NCBI RefSeq assembly: GCF_026571515.1
Contig: NW_026867377.1
Location: 248,001 to 312,000 of the forward strand
DNA length: 64,000 nt
Direction: 5' to 3'
From: Ruditapes philippinarum
Taxonomy: Eukaryota
This document shows positions 49,800-62,624 of the stretch, piece after piece. A program made the position numbers and the translations under genes. Below the pieces are notes generated by a model, which saw nothing but the letters and a program-made list of their open reading frames with translations, did no database searches and was not told where the DNA came from. Numbering within the stretch: position 1 is the stretch's first letter; every line of letters starts with the position of its first letter.

Positions 49800-50636
49800 A
49801 AAATGTTAACAAACAGAATCCACAGTAAATAAAAGGGAAATGTTATACCAAAATATGCTAAGGTATACATTGGTAAATGTTAAACCATATAAAGAGAATG
49901 TTAAAACAAATCAACAGTAAATGTTAATGCAAAAGTTAATTGTTTTATTTACTGTAAATAAAAATAAAATGAATGATAAATAATCAAGCAGAAAAAAAAA
50001 TAATGAAGTTGGTAATAGGTAAATGTTAAAGCAAATTACTAGTAAATGTTAAAGCAAATATAACTTAAATGTTAGAGCAAATAAAGGAATTAAAATTGTT
50101 TAATCAAATAAAAGGTATAGTAAATGATAAAGAAGAAAAAAGTAAATTAGGTAAATGTTAAAGCGGATAAAGTAAATGTTAAAGCAAATAACTAGTAAAT
50201 GTTATAGCAAATATAACTTAAATGTTAGAGCAAATAAAAGAACTAAAGGAATTATTTAATTAAATAAAAGGTATAGTAAATGATAAAGCAGAAAAAAGTA
50301 AATTAGGTAAATGTTAAAGCGGATAAAGTAAATGTTAAAGCAAATAACTAGTAAATGTTCAAGCAAATATAACTTAAATGTTAGAGCAAATAAAGGAATT
50401 AAAATTGTTTATCAAATAAAAGGTATAGTAAATGATAAAGAAGAAAAAAGTAATAAGGCAAATGTTAAAGCGGATAAAGTAAATGTTAAAGCAAATAACT
50501 AGTAAATGTTAATGCAAATGTAAGGTAAATGTTGAAACAGATAAAGTTAATTGTTTAAGCAAATAAAATATACAGTAACTGGGAAAGCATAAAAAATTGC
50601 ATGTTGAAGAATATAATAGGTAAATGTTAAACCAGA
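49800..50636. repeat. A-rich ~21-bp minisatellite (agtaaatgttaaagcaaata) with ~155-bp higher-order unit; continues at 52013-52301 and 54013-54450
   Basis: Higher-order units start near 50041, 50194 and 50350. Confidence 0.85.
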
Positions 50637-52012
50637 ACAAGAGGGCCATGATGGCCCTGAGGTCGCTCACCTGTATATAGGCCCCCGAAGCTGGCCAGTT
50701 TAGACCCCAGGGCTTTTATTTGAACAAACTTGGAATTAAGACACCCATTAGAAGATGTTTCATGATGTTAAGTTTTTGCTATACACATATAAGGAAAAAC
50801 AATGACCTCCCCCCCCCCCCCCGGGCAGAGTTAATTTTAACCCAAGGGCTTTTATTTGAACAAACTTGGCCCATAAGAAGATGTTTCATGCAAAACATCT
50901 AAGCTCTAGCTCATTGGGTTTTTTCAAAGAAGATTTTTTAAGTTTTTACTATACACATATAGTTAAAAACAATGACATCCCTGGGGCGGGGCCAGTTTTT
51001 ACCCCAGGGCTTTTATTTGAACAAACTTTGTTGACACTTATTAGAAGATGTTTCATGCTTAATATCTAAACTCTAGCTATTTGGGTTTTTTCAAAGAAGA
51101 TTTTTTAAGTTTTTGCTATACACATATAAGGAAATCAATGACCCCCGGGGCGGGGTCAATTTTGACCCCAGGGCTTTAATTTGAACAAACTTTGTAGACA
51201 CTCACTAGAAGATGTTTCATGCTTAATATCTAAATATCTAAACTCTAGCTATTTGAGATTTTTTCAAAGAAGGTTTTTGAAATTTTTGCTATACACATAT
51301 AAGGAAAATCAATGACCCCCAGGGCGGGGCCAATTTTGACCCCAGGGCTTTTATTTGAACAAATTTGGTAGACACTCATTAGAACATGTTTCATGCTAAA
51401 TATCTTAGCTCTAGCTCTTTGGGTTCTTTAAAAGAAGATTTTTTAAGTTTTTACTATATGCATATAGGGAAAATCAATGACCCCCTGGGGCGGGGCCAAT
51501 TTTGACCCCAGGGCTTTTATTTGAACAAACTTGGTAGACACTCATTAGAAGATGTTTCATGCCAAATATCTAAGCTCTAGCTCTTTGGGTTCTTTAAAAG
51601 AAGATTTTTCAAGTTTTTACTATATGCATATAGGGAAAATCAATGACCCCCTGGGGCGGGGCCAATTTTGACCCCAGGGCTTTTATTTGAACAAACTTTG
51701 TAGACACTCACTAGAAAATGTTTCATGCCAAATATCTAAGCTCTAGCTCTTTGGGTTCTTTAAAAGAAGATATTTAAAGTTTTTTCTTTCGGTTGCCATG
51801 GCAACCAGAGTTCTGCATGGAATTAAAATCTTTGAACAATTTTTAAAGGTGACCACCAAAGGAACATTCCTGTGAAGTTTGGATGAAATTGGCTTAGTGG
51901 TTTATGAGAAGATGTCATTTGAAGCAAAAGTTTACGGACGGACGGACGGCCGGCCGCCGGACGAAAAGCGATCACAAAAGCTCACCCTGTCACTTTGTGA
52001 CAGGTGAGCTAA
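50637..52012 (-). mobile_element. Helentron-associated non-autonomous element (HINE-like) with 7 internal ~166-bp satellite monomers
   Basis: Sub-terminal inverted GCTCACCTG at both ends. Palindrome gctcaccctgtcactttgtgacaggtgagc, (GGAC)n microsatellite, terminal hairpin agggccatgatggccct. Anchor ttgaacaaa at ~50720, 50857, 51017, 51181, 51355, 51521 and 51687. Confidence 0.85.
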
Positions 52013-52301
52013 AAAGTAAATGTTAAAGGAAATATAAGTTAAATGTTAGAGCAAATAAAAGAATTAAAATTGTTTATCAAATAAAAGGTATAGTAAATGA
52101 TAAAGAAGAAAAAAGTAATAAGGCAAATGTTAAAGCGGATAAAGTAAATGTTAAAGCAAATAACTAGTAAATGTTAATGCAAATGTAAGGTAAATGTTGA
52201 AACAGATAAAGTTAATTGTTTAAGCAAATAAAATATACAGTAACTGGGAAAGCATAAAAAATTGCATGTTGAAGAATATAATAGGTAAATGTTAAACCAG
52301 A

Positions 52302-54012
52302 ACAAGAGGGCCCTGAGGTCGCTCACCTGTATATAGGCCCCCGAAGCGGGGCCAGTTTAAACCCCAGGGCTTTTTTTGAACAAACTTGGAATTAAGACAC
52401 CCATTAGAAGATGTTTCATGATGTTAAGTTTTTGCTATACACATATAAGGAAAAACAATGACCTTCCCCCCCCCCCCCCCTGGCAGAGTTAATTTTAACC
52501 CAAGGGCTTTTATTTGAACAAACTTGGTAGACACCCATAAGAAGATGTTTCATGCTAAACATCTAAGCTCTAGCTCATTGGGTTTTTTAAAAGAAGATTT
52601 TTTAAGTTTTTACTATACACATATAGTTAAAAACAATGACACCCCTGGGGCGGGGCCAGTTTTGACCCAAGGGCTTTTATTTGAACAAACTTTGTAGACA
52701 CTTATTAGAAGATGTTTCATGCTTAATATCTAACTCTAGCTATTTGGGTTTTTTCAAAGAAGATTTTTTAAGTTTTTGCTATACACATATAAGGAAATCA
52801 ATGACCCCCGGGGCGGGGCCAATTTTGACCCCAGGGCTTTAATTTGAACAAACTTTGTAGACACTCACTAGAAGATGTTTCATGCTTAATATCTAAACTC
52901 TAGCTATTAGGGATTTTTTCAAAGAAGGTTTTTGAAATTTTTGCTATACACATATAAGGAAAATCAATGACCCCCGGGGCGGGGCCAATTTTGACCCAAG
53001 GGCTTTTATTTGAACAAACTTAGTAGACACCCATTAGAACATGTTTCATGCTAAATATCTTAGCTCTAGCTCTTTGAGTTCTTTAAAAGAAGATTTTTAA
53101 GTTTTTACTATCTGCATATAGGGAAAATCAATGACCCCCTGGGGCCGGGCCAATTTTGACCCCAGGGCTTTTATTTGAACAAATTTGGTAGACACTCATT
53201 AGAACATGTTTCATGCTAAATATCTTAGCTCTAGCTCTTTGGGTTCTTTAAAAGAAGATTTTTTAAGTTTTTACTATATGCATATAGGGAAAATCAATGA
53301 CCCCCTGGGGCGGGGCCAATTTTGACCCCTGGGCTTTTATTTGACCAAACTTGGTAGACACTCATTAGAAGATGTTTCATGCCAAATATCTAAGCTCTAG
53401 CTCTTTGGGTTCTTTAAAAGAAGATTTTTCAAGTTTTTACAATATGCAAATAGGGAAAATCAATGACCCCCTGGGGCAGGCCAATTTTGACCCCAGGGCT
53501 TTTATTTGAACAAACTTGGTAGACACTCATTAGAAGATGTTTCATGCCAAATATCTAAGCTCTAGCTCTTTGGGTTCTTTAAAAGAAGATTTTTCAAGTT
53601 TTTACTATATGCATATAGGGAAAATCAATGACCCCTGGGGCGGGGCCAATTTTGACCCCAGGGCTTTTATTTGAACAAACTTGGTAGACACTCACTAGAA
53701 GATGTTTCATGCCAAATATCTAAGCTCTAGCTCTTTGGGTTCTTTAAAAGAAGATATTTAAAGTTTTTTCTTTCGGTTGCCATGGCAACCAGAGTTCTGC
53801 ATGGCATTAAATTCTTTGAACAATTTTTAAAGGTGACCACCAAAGGAACATTCCTGTGAAGTTTGGATGAAATTGGCTTAGTGGTTTATGAGGAGATGTC
53901 ATTTGAAGCAAAAGTTTACGGACGGACGGCCGGACGGACGGACAGACGGACGGACGCCGGACGAAAAGCGATCACAAAAGCTCACCCTGTCATTTTGTGA
54001 CAGGTGAGCTAA
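52302..54012 (-). mobile_element. Tandem duplicate of the HINE-like element with 9 monomers
   Basis: Same ends and same private features (poly-C tract, deleted first monomer). Anchors at ~52376, 52514, 52681, 52844, 53010, 53175, 53341, 53506 and 53671. Confidence 0.85.
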
Positions 54013-55020
54013 AAAGTAAATGTTAAAGGAAATATAAGTTAAATGTTAGAGCAAATAAAAGAACTATAATTGTTTAATCAAATAAAAGGTACAGTAAATG
54101 ATAAAGCAGAAAAAGTAAATGTTGAAGTTGAAAATAGGTAAATGTTAAAGCGAATAAAGAAAAAGTTAAAGCAAATAAACAGTAAATGTTAAAGCAAATA
54201 TAAGGTAAAAGTTGGTTCATTTTAAGGAAATTATTAAAGTGAATATAAGGAAAATGAAAATATAAAAGAAAATAAACAGTAAAAGTCAAAGCAGATTAAT
54301 GTTGATAATAAAGCTGCTAAAAGGTATATATTATTGGCAGATAAAATAGAAAAGCAAAAAAATTTAAATGATAAAGTAAAAATAATAAGATTGATATTAT
54401 AACAGATCAATGGTAAATGAAAAAGCAAACAAAAGTAGATGTTAAAACAGATAGCATTTAAAAAGGAATCTTACACTGGCTGCCTATACAGCCTGAACTT
54501 ATGGCTCAAGAGTATCTGTTAACAGGGGTAATGAGGCTCTGTCCAGGTTACAGATACACCTTTTACCCAAGAGCCCAATATATCCGTTAGTAATGGGAGA
54601 CAGTGTTTGATCTTTTTTTAGCATATTACATATAAATTATTATATAATAAAAACATTTTTTTTGAGGTGTAAGCTTTTTAGCACTAATGTAAACAGTAGA
54701 AAATCCTGTAGGTACATGTAATATCAAAGTTAAATTTGAAAAATTTCATGTATACATAACAAAGTGTAAGATAAAAAGATAAATATGTGGTTTATAAAAC
54801 TCAACAGAAACTCCTTGATAAAGAGGGGTTTAACCCCTAGAAACATTGGAGTTGAAAACTTTGTGGAGTAGATAATTACAAATTAATTGTTTCCAGAATG
54901 ATTTTAAATTTGAAAAAGTTATAGACAAAAGTAAAATCTTTGAAAAAAAAAATAAGAGAAGAAAACTGTATAATTATTTCTAAAGGTGGGTTGTTGTCCA
55001 ACAATAATATGTTTTTCAGA

Positions 55021-55125
55021 TTTTGTTTTTTGGTTGGGTTTAATGTTGCTCAAACATATCAAAGGTCATATGCAATCTTCCAGCTTTATTGATGAAGGAA
55101 GACATCAAGTTCCCCTCTGTGCATT
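55021..55125 (-). mobile_element. Degenerate 3' fragment of the same SINE family
   Basis: aggtcatatgcaatcttccagctttattgatgaaggaagac...ccctctgtgcatt resembles 48290-48350. Confidence 0.55.
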
Positions 55126-56867
55126 CCCCTTATGCTGTGAGGGTAAGGTTGTTAAAAGTCAACAACAATTACAGGTGTTTTCAGATTCTTTTATGACTTA
55201 TTTTCCAATACTTTTTTCATGTATTTCCTGCTAGTTCTTTCTAAATAGGCAATAAAAACAGTTTTCAGTCAGTTAGAAGCAGAAAAAAAATGTTATGGTA
55301 AATAAGAACCATGGTCCCAAAATGTTTACCCTTATAAATTCATAAAACAGATGAAACTTTTCAAGAAAATAGTAAAAATTCCCAAAACATGATAAAGTTT
55401 CTAATAAAAAAAGGTTTGCTATCAACTTAAATTAAAGACCGAGTCAGAGAAAAACTAAGAAAAAATTCACAAGCTAGTTAAGTCGAAGAACTTTTATCTT
55501 TATTGACTTGATAATTTGACAAGAAATTTCAAAACATGAGACAATTAACTTATCCCACTTGAATAAATGGTCGATACATTATAAATAATTGCATATTAGA
55601 AATAATGACTGAAATACTGACTTGTGTATAATAATAGTGCATTAACAAGTCTACTTCCTGTTATAGCAAGAAAGGTACAAGTTAAAATATATAGGCTCCA
55701 CTAGAAGGTACTGTGACTGGCAGTAACAAGTGCTTGTACTCGAAAGACATAGTAAATTATCAAATTGTATAGGCTGTGAAGACAGTGAATAGAGATTTCG
55801 TTTGTCTACTGTAATAATGCATGTGAAATGTATCTCTGTTATCTTCTAAGTAAAGAAACAGTAATTAATGTTGATTTAAGTAAATGAAGATTGTATTGGC
55901 AGTTTGATTCAATTGATATTGAGCAAATGTCCAAAAAATCAAAATAATTCAAAACCCTGAGAGCAATTTTTACTTGACAGAAATGTGCATTTCTAATTTA
56001 AAGTAATAATGGTTTTAATAAATAATAGCCCAGATTGATGCAGTATCAAAATGATATCGGTGGCATTATTGGTGAAGTTTGTTTTTTGTTTTTTTTTAGC
56101 AAAAACAGATAAGTATTGGTTTTTGCGAGGAAAGTCTAAAAATGTGACACAGTTTTTAAGACAATTCTTATCTCATAACATGTACCCTTTATGTGCTGGA
56201 ACACATGTTGGAACAGAAAGTGGTTACCCTTGGCAACTGATATAAAGCCAGCCTGGCCTGAACAAAGGTGCAGTAATATCAGGCTCTATACCGTTGATAA
56301 ATCAATCTTTATGTTTTCATATTGGACTGTACAAATTTATGATAATAATTCATCAAGTTAAAGGTTATGATTGTTTATGCTTATATTGATAATTGCGCCA
56401 ACAGTTATCAGTACTCATGTAAAATGAAATAAAAGGCAGCTCATATTAATTACCATCAACAAATATCATGCTAACAAAAATATAAAACACTGCTACAGAA
56501 TTATAAGAGGCAAGTAAAATATCATTCCAAACATTAACTTTTTACGGCATACAACATACTAATCAAAGGAATTTAGATCTAATATAGTATATAATTATAT
56601 AAGCTAGACCAAATCAGGGGCAACAACTCTTGATACAATATATAATGCAAAATTGTACCATACAACAATAGAATAGGTGAAACACTCTGTGTATATATAC
56701 TAAATCTCTCAAACAAAACATATCTTGAATATATCATCAAGTTACAAAAATACAGTTGATAGAACCCCAATTTTAATGTAATCAGGGATGAAAACTTTGA
56801 AACAATTTTCATTATGTGGATAAATTGTCGAGCCAACAGTTAGAGCAACAGAATAAACAGCTGTGCT

Positions 56868-57320
56868 ATTTGATATCAAACACATATAACTTCAACAAAA
56901 TGATGTAATATTTGTATCAAACACATATTACTACAACAAAATGATGTTATATTTGATATCTAACACATATTACTACAACAAAATGATGTAATATTTGATA
57001 TCAAACACATATTACTACAACAAAATGATGTAATATTTATATCAAACACATATTACTACAACAAAATGATGTAATATTTGATATCAAACATATATTACTA
57101 CAACAAAATGATGTTCTATTTGATCACTACAACAAAATGATGTAATATTTGTTATCAAACATATATTACTACAACAAAATGATGTAATATTTGATATCAA
57201 ACACATATTACAACAACAAAATGATGTTCTATTTGATCACTACAACAAAATGATGTAATATTTGTTATCAAACATATATCACTACAACAAAATGATGTAA
57301 TATTTGATATCAAACATACA
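56868..57320. repeat. 42-bp minisatellite, ~11 copies, some shortened
   Basis: Unit atttgatatcaaacacatattactacaacaaaatgatgtaat (e.g. 56951, 56993). Bracketed by ttagagcaacagaat at ~56840 and ~57322. Confidence 0.92.
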
Positions 57321-57614
57321 ATTAGAGCAACAGAATGAATTAATTTTTGCAAATTTTTCATCAAACAGATATCAAGTGAAACATACGAAAAGACAAAAAC
57401 AATTCTAGATAAAAGCAAATATTTAATTTACAAAACTTACAGAATCTAAAAAATAAATATATTATGCATCAAAATAATCTTTTTCATACCTTCTGTCAGA
57501 AATTATCAATATAAAAGTTTAAACATAAGATTCTATATGAGTTCATCGGTTTATCATTAAAGTATTAATACTAATTTTTCTGTAATAAAAAGTTTTTTTT
57601 GCTTATATACCTTT

Positions 57615-57820
57615 TAACCGTAACTCTGTTGGAATATAAAGTGATAAGCATTTGCTACATGTAACAATATGAACCAGGTCTTTCTGAACATCTGAACAGT
57701 ATGGCAAGACTCTTGACTGACAAAATTAAAATTATCATCCTGATGACCCTGAATTGACAATGGACTGTCCAAAACTTGAAGCCAGGCAAGTCCATTTATA
57801 AATTCAGCAGGATGGGTAAA
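57615..57820. mobile_element. Degenerate MITE remnant
   Basis: Imperfect inverted ends taaccgtaactctgttgga / ttcagcaggatgggtaa. A related aatggactgttccaa motif recurs at 57940-58010. Confidence 0.4.
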
Positions 57821-59513
57821 CTATATGGATGCTAGATAAAATATTTGTTAGCCTTTTTCAACAATATATTGTCATACCAGCATCTTATACAGCTGGCTCC
57901 TGAAATTTTGCCTTTTGGTATACACCCCTTCCCCCACAACAGTAAATGGACTGTTCCAATTTCAACACCACTCCCCCACAACAGTAAATGGACTATTCCA
58001 AATTCAAAGCAGGGCTAGCCCATTAAAAGTTTGCAAAATTTTAAGGTGTGAAAGTCCATGCATGATATGGTACAATTCTGACCTATCAACCAACAGATAT
58101 ACATGTATTACCTTTCAACTTAGCCTTACCTTACCTTTTAACTTAAAAATGTTGTTTACTGTATGAGAAACTCAATAAATTTTGTATTAACCAACCTTTC
58201 ATTGGGTAATTCTACAAATGTTATGAGATCAAAAAGTTACTACAAAAAAATAGTTAATACAAAAAATATATATAATAAAGCAAATAAAGTAAGATACTAT
58301 ATAATCTTTCTAACAAGTGTATTAAAATTTGAACACAACAGAACACTGAGTTAAAATATTCCATAAAAAGCAACTGAAGTAAACAAAAATTATTATCCAA
58401 ATCAATTTAAAACTAGTATATATTTTACCTTGTAAAAGATCTTTAGTTAATTTGGGCTATCAGTCACATGACCACAATTAAATGCTTCATGACAGTGTTA
58501 CAGATCTTATGATGAAAGAACAGTCAATAAGTTATTCTAAAATATTATAATTGAGGTTTAAAAGCCTAAAAACATAACATTTGAATTTCTTACATAAATG
58601 AGCTGGGACACTTTAAGCAGTAATATATGCAAAAAATTGTTAAAAATATACTTTGAAATAAATTGTAAATTGTATGTTTGGGCCTTCCTTAGCCCGATTT
58701 GAGTGAAAAGCGTTTAAAACGCTTTTCATTTTTGGGTCACTTTTTACAATTTGTATAATTATTCTGGAAAAACGAAGTGGGCGAATGATCTGAAATTTTG
58801 CACAAAGATTAGTGGTCTAAACCTTCATCAAATGGTACATTTATCTGGAAAAAATATTTTCAGTCCCATCATGTCAAAAAACCTCAGTGGAGTTCCTTTA
58901 AGAAAAGCACCAGTATAGACCCATAGCTGGACAGCTTTCAAATTAATCTGAAAGACTCAAACTATAAATATGAACAACAAAACCAAGTATTAACTTTTCA
59001 TGAAAATGTAAATACCAGTTTCCATGTTATTTCAATAATTATTTTTCTAAAAAGTTTAGATGCAAGGATTTAAGATCATACTGCATGTAAGAAAGTCTAT
59101 CAATAAATGCTTAGTATCAAAAAGTACACAACAAAAACAAAATACCAATAATAAAGTATATTTTCATTATTACCTTTACATTATTATAAAGGGGAGTAAC
59201 TTGTCTAGGAATCATCATGGCAGTTTTAATCAAAAACATATCAATGTGCACTCTTAGTGCACACTAAGTGCACAAAGGTAGGAACTTTATTTTTAACTCA
59301 ACTGTAGTACCATAATATGAATTAAATCTAACCACAGAACAAATAACATAATAAGTATTAAGTAAAAGTAACAAAACTTAATGAAGAAAATGCAGGTTAT
59401 GTAACGCAATGTACCAATATACAACTAAGTTACATGGTTCAATTTATCTATGTCATCAATTGACCTCAAAAGTCAAGTTATGCTGTTTTCTTAGACATCA
59501 AAGCTTTTTTTAA

Positions 59514-59850
59514 AGCAACATGCCTCTCCAGATTAATGCTAATTTTTCGTGAAAATTTTGAAAATGTATTCAAAAGTTAAATATTGTAAAGTTGAACAAA
59601 AATAGTAAATTTTCAAAAGCAAAAAAGGCACCTACAAACCAAAAAATACCAAAAGAGGGGCCAAAAAATTTTTCAAAAAAAACCCTTTTCCCCCTTATAC
59701 AAACAGTAAAAACAAACAAAACTTGGGAAAATCCCTCATTTAAATTTCACAAACATTTGATTATTTTTCTTTAAAAACTGAAGCTTGGTTTCTTCCTTAA
59801 AATCTTACATTTTTCAAGTGGGTTTTTTGAAAAATTGACTCTTTTTTTAG
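59514..59850. mobile_element. Second copy of the 42838 TTAA MITE, degrading into low-quality sequence
   Basis: ttaa|agcaacatgcctctccagatt...tgaaaattttgaaaatgtatt...ggcacctacaaacc aligns with 42838-42990. Confidence 0.65.
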
Positions 59851-61450
59851 GGGATGAGGACATTTCATCGAAAGAAAACAACCCTAATAAGGGGAAATCT
59901 ATCTATCTATTGTCTGACAAAAGTTATGGGCAAAAATTTTTCAACATATATTTTGGACTTTATCACCCCCTTCCGGAACCTTTTTCAACATGGTAAGTAA
60001 AAAAAAACTGCTCCCCTACATAAAACACAAAAATTAATTTACCCTTTATTGAACTAACTTTATTTTTGCACACCCCCTAAATGTTTAAACCTTAATTGTG
60101 ACGGGGGAATTTTTTAAAATGGTTTTTTTAAAATCAAAATTTTGTCTTTTTTTAAAAAAATTTTAAACCTTAGCAAAAACAATTTTAAACAAAATTTTGA
60201 AATAATATCGGGAAGTGTTAGTTTTAAAACTGAATTTTAGTTTGTACAAGGGAAATTTAAAACCCGAAGGCTAATTTTATTAAGATAATTTAAAATTGAC
60301 CCAGGGAAAAACTTTTTCCCGGGATTGTAATTAGAGACTAATTTTTTTAATTTAAACAACAAAGTCCCAAAATTAAAATTTGGGATTGGAGTTTTTTGGG
60401 AAACAAACATCACATAATAAAAACCTAATTTAAAAACTACATGAACATCACCCATAAGAAAAAACTTAAAGTCCCTGGGGTGATTAAAAAATTTTAAAAA
60501 TGATGAAAAAAAAAGAACTTGAAAACCCAAAGACCCTTTACCCTGGCACAAGATCCCCAACATTTTGTAATGGGGACCATTGCTGATTTAAATAAAATTT
60601 TTGGGCAACAGTTAAATCCACCAAAACTTAAAAAACCCTTTAAAAACAACAAATCAAAAGGGCCCGACGGGCCCATAAAAATCCCTATGGTATAATTCAA
60701 AAACGCCCCAACCATGCAGGTTGCCAATACTGCTTTCCCAACCTTTATAAATAGGACAAAATCCGAAACCTTTGCAAATTTAAACCCAAAAAACTTCAAT
60801 ACTGGGGGGTTTTATTTCAACAAAAGCACCCCCCAAAAAAAACCAAAAAACCAAAAAAAACCCATAAAGGGAAACGGGCCCACAAACACTAAACAAATAT
60901 AGAAAATCCACCCAAACAATTTGTTAATCCTTTATTTTTTAAATTAAATAAAGGATATCCCCGCACCAAAAAACCCACCAAGGGGGGACGGGCCCCCCAG
61001 AGATCACATAAAACCCTTTTTGGACAAAAAGGGATAATATTGGGTACCCCCTTCTTTGACTTTGGGAAAATAAATTAAATTTAAAAGTCCGAAAAAAAAT
61101 TTAAAAACGAATACATAAACAAAATATTTTAAAACTTCTTAAACACTGGAAATTTGTAACCAAAGAAAAAAATTAAATTACTTTTGATTCATTTTCATTT
61201 TCCCATTTTTTTTTAGTCTGGTTTTAAAGGGTAGGGAAAGAAAACCGGGGGACACTTTTATAAAAAACTGCCTAAAATTTTCCCGAACCCAAAAAATTAA
61301 CCAGTAATTACCAATGCAAATTTTTTCACATTTTGCCCCTCTCTTTATTCTTTTCTCCGGATTTTAAATCTAAATTTGGCCCCCCCCGTTTTTGCTTATT
61401 TTAAAAAGTTTCTGCTGTTCTACCTTTCTTTGGGCCGAGGTATGATGTTT
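59560..61450. other. Probable low-quality, homopolymer-inflated consensus segment (also ~36740-37285 and ~37850-38060)
   Basis: Abrupt excess of A/T/C/G runs. Repeats with clean homologues elsewhere in the window are converted into runs here. Confidence 0.7.
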
Positions 61451-62344
61451 TGTGTAAAAACTTGTTGGTCTAAATAGTGCTCCACAAATCATAACATTCA
61501 TATATAGTGCTCCGATGATTATCAAAGTTCCCTAAAAAAAAAAAATGTTTTCTAAGTTACAAACAATTTAACATGATAAAAAAATGTTCTCAAAATTAAT
61601 CATATAATGAAAGTCAGCAGAATTATAATCACTGTTAGAAATACTTATTACCTCATTTCCTTCTTTTACCTACTGACCAAATCAAAATAAAGATGCAATG
61701 ATAAAATGCTTGTGAAATAATGAACACTTTCAGATTATGAAGAAGAGTGTATTTCTTTTCAGAGACCTTTAATAGGTACATGTATCATGATGAATTCAAT
61801 GAAATATTTCTATAAAATTTATAAATGGCAATATTATATATATACAGCAGGTACATACATTTATTTATACATGTGAAACTTTAAACCCCATCAAAAGGTA
61901 GAGATCAATGTAAGATACCTAAGATATGTACAATATTGGTCAACAATTGAACCCCACCCACCTCTGACATATTTTTATCAACGAGTATAAAATGCTGAAC
62001 AAATTGACTTCAAACAACATATATATATTTTTCTGCTATAAACAACATATTATGAATAATTTTTAACGATAAAGTTTTGCACACACTATATTTGCTGAAC
62101 AAAACAAGATTGCATTAGAGAAAAATGCTATGGCACCGCAGTAATACAACACTACGTAGGAACAGATTTTTTTGTTTCTATAGAATTTTAGATTGTTATA
62201 ATGCATAGATCCCTGACCTATCTAATTCTTTTTATCAGATTAGTGGTTAAATCTATTGTTAATCCAATAAAAAAGATCAGAGTAGGAATATATCAATGCA
62301 CTTGACTCTAGTGAATTTGGTGGTGAAGGTCATATTTCACACAG

Positions 62345-62622
62345 CCTAAATTTCATGACTACATCAAAGGAAAACACAGTAAGACACTTGGTCAAAATCT
62401 AGGTCAGCTGATATCAAAGTTCACTTTACATCTTAATCTGTGCACATGGTTCAAATTTCAAAGCTGCACATCAAAGGACAAGAAAGGTACATCAAAGGAC
62501 AAGAAAGTAGGTCACATCATCAAAATCTAGGTCACCTGATATCAAAGTTCAATTTTACAACTAAAACTGTGCACATGGTCAAAATTTCATTGCTGTACAT
62601 CAAAGGACAAGAAAGTAGGTCA
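62345..62622. repeat. ~110-130-bp tandem repeat, ~2.5 copies
   Basis: caaaatctaggtca(g/c)ctgatatcaaagttca...tgtgcacatggt...acatcaaaggacaagaaagtaggtcac repeated. Confidence 0.75.
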
Positions 62623-62624
62623 CT

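Noticed and set aside
50700-57320. CRISPR-like periodic arrays (166-bp and 42-bp repeats)
   Set aside because: Whole monomers repeat with no unique spacers and there are no cas genes; these are eukaryotic satellites/minisatellites.
60237-60902. Lys/Phe/Pro/Gly-rich ORFs
   Set aside because: Their composition follows homopolymer runs in the suspect segment.
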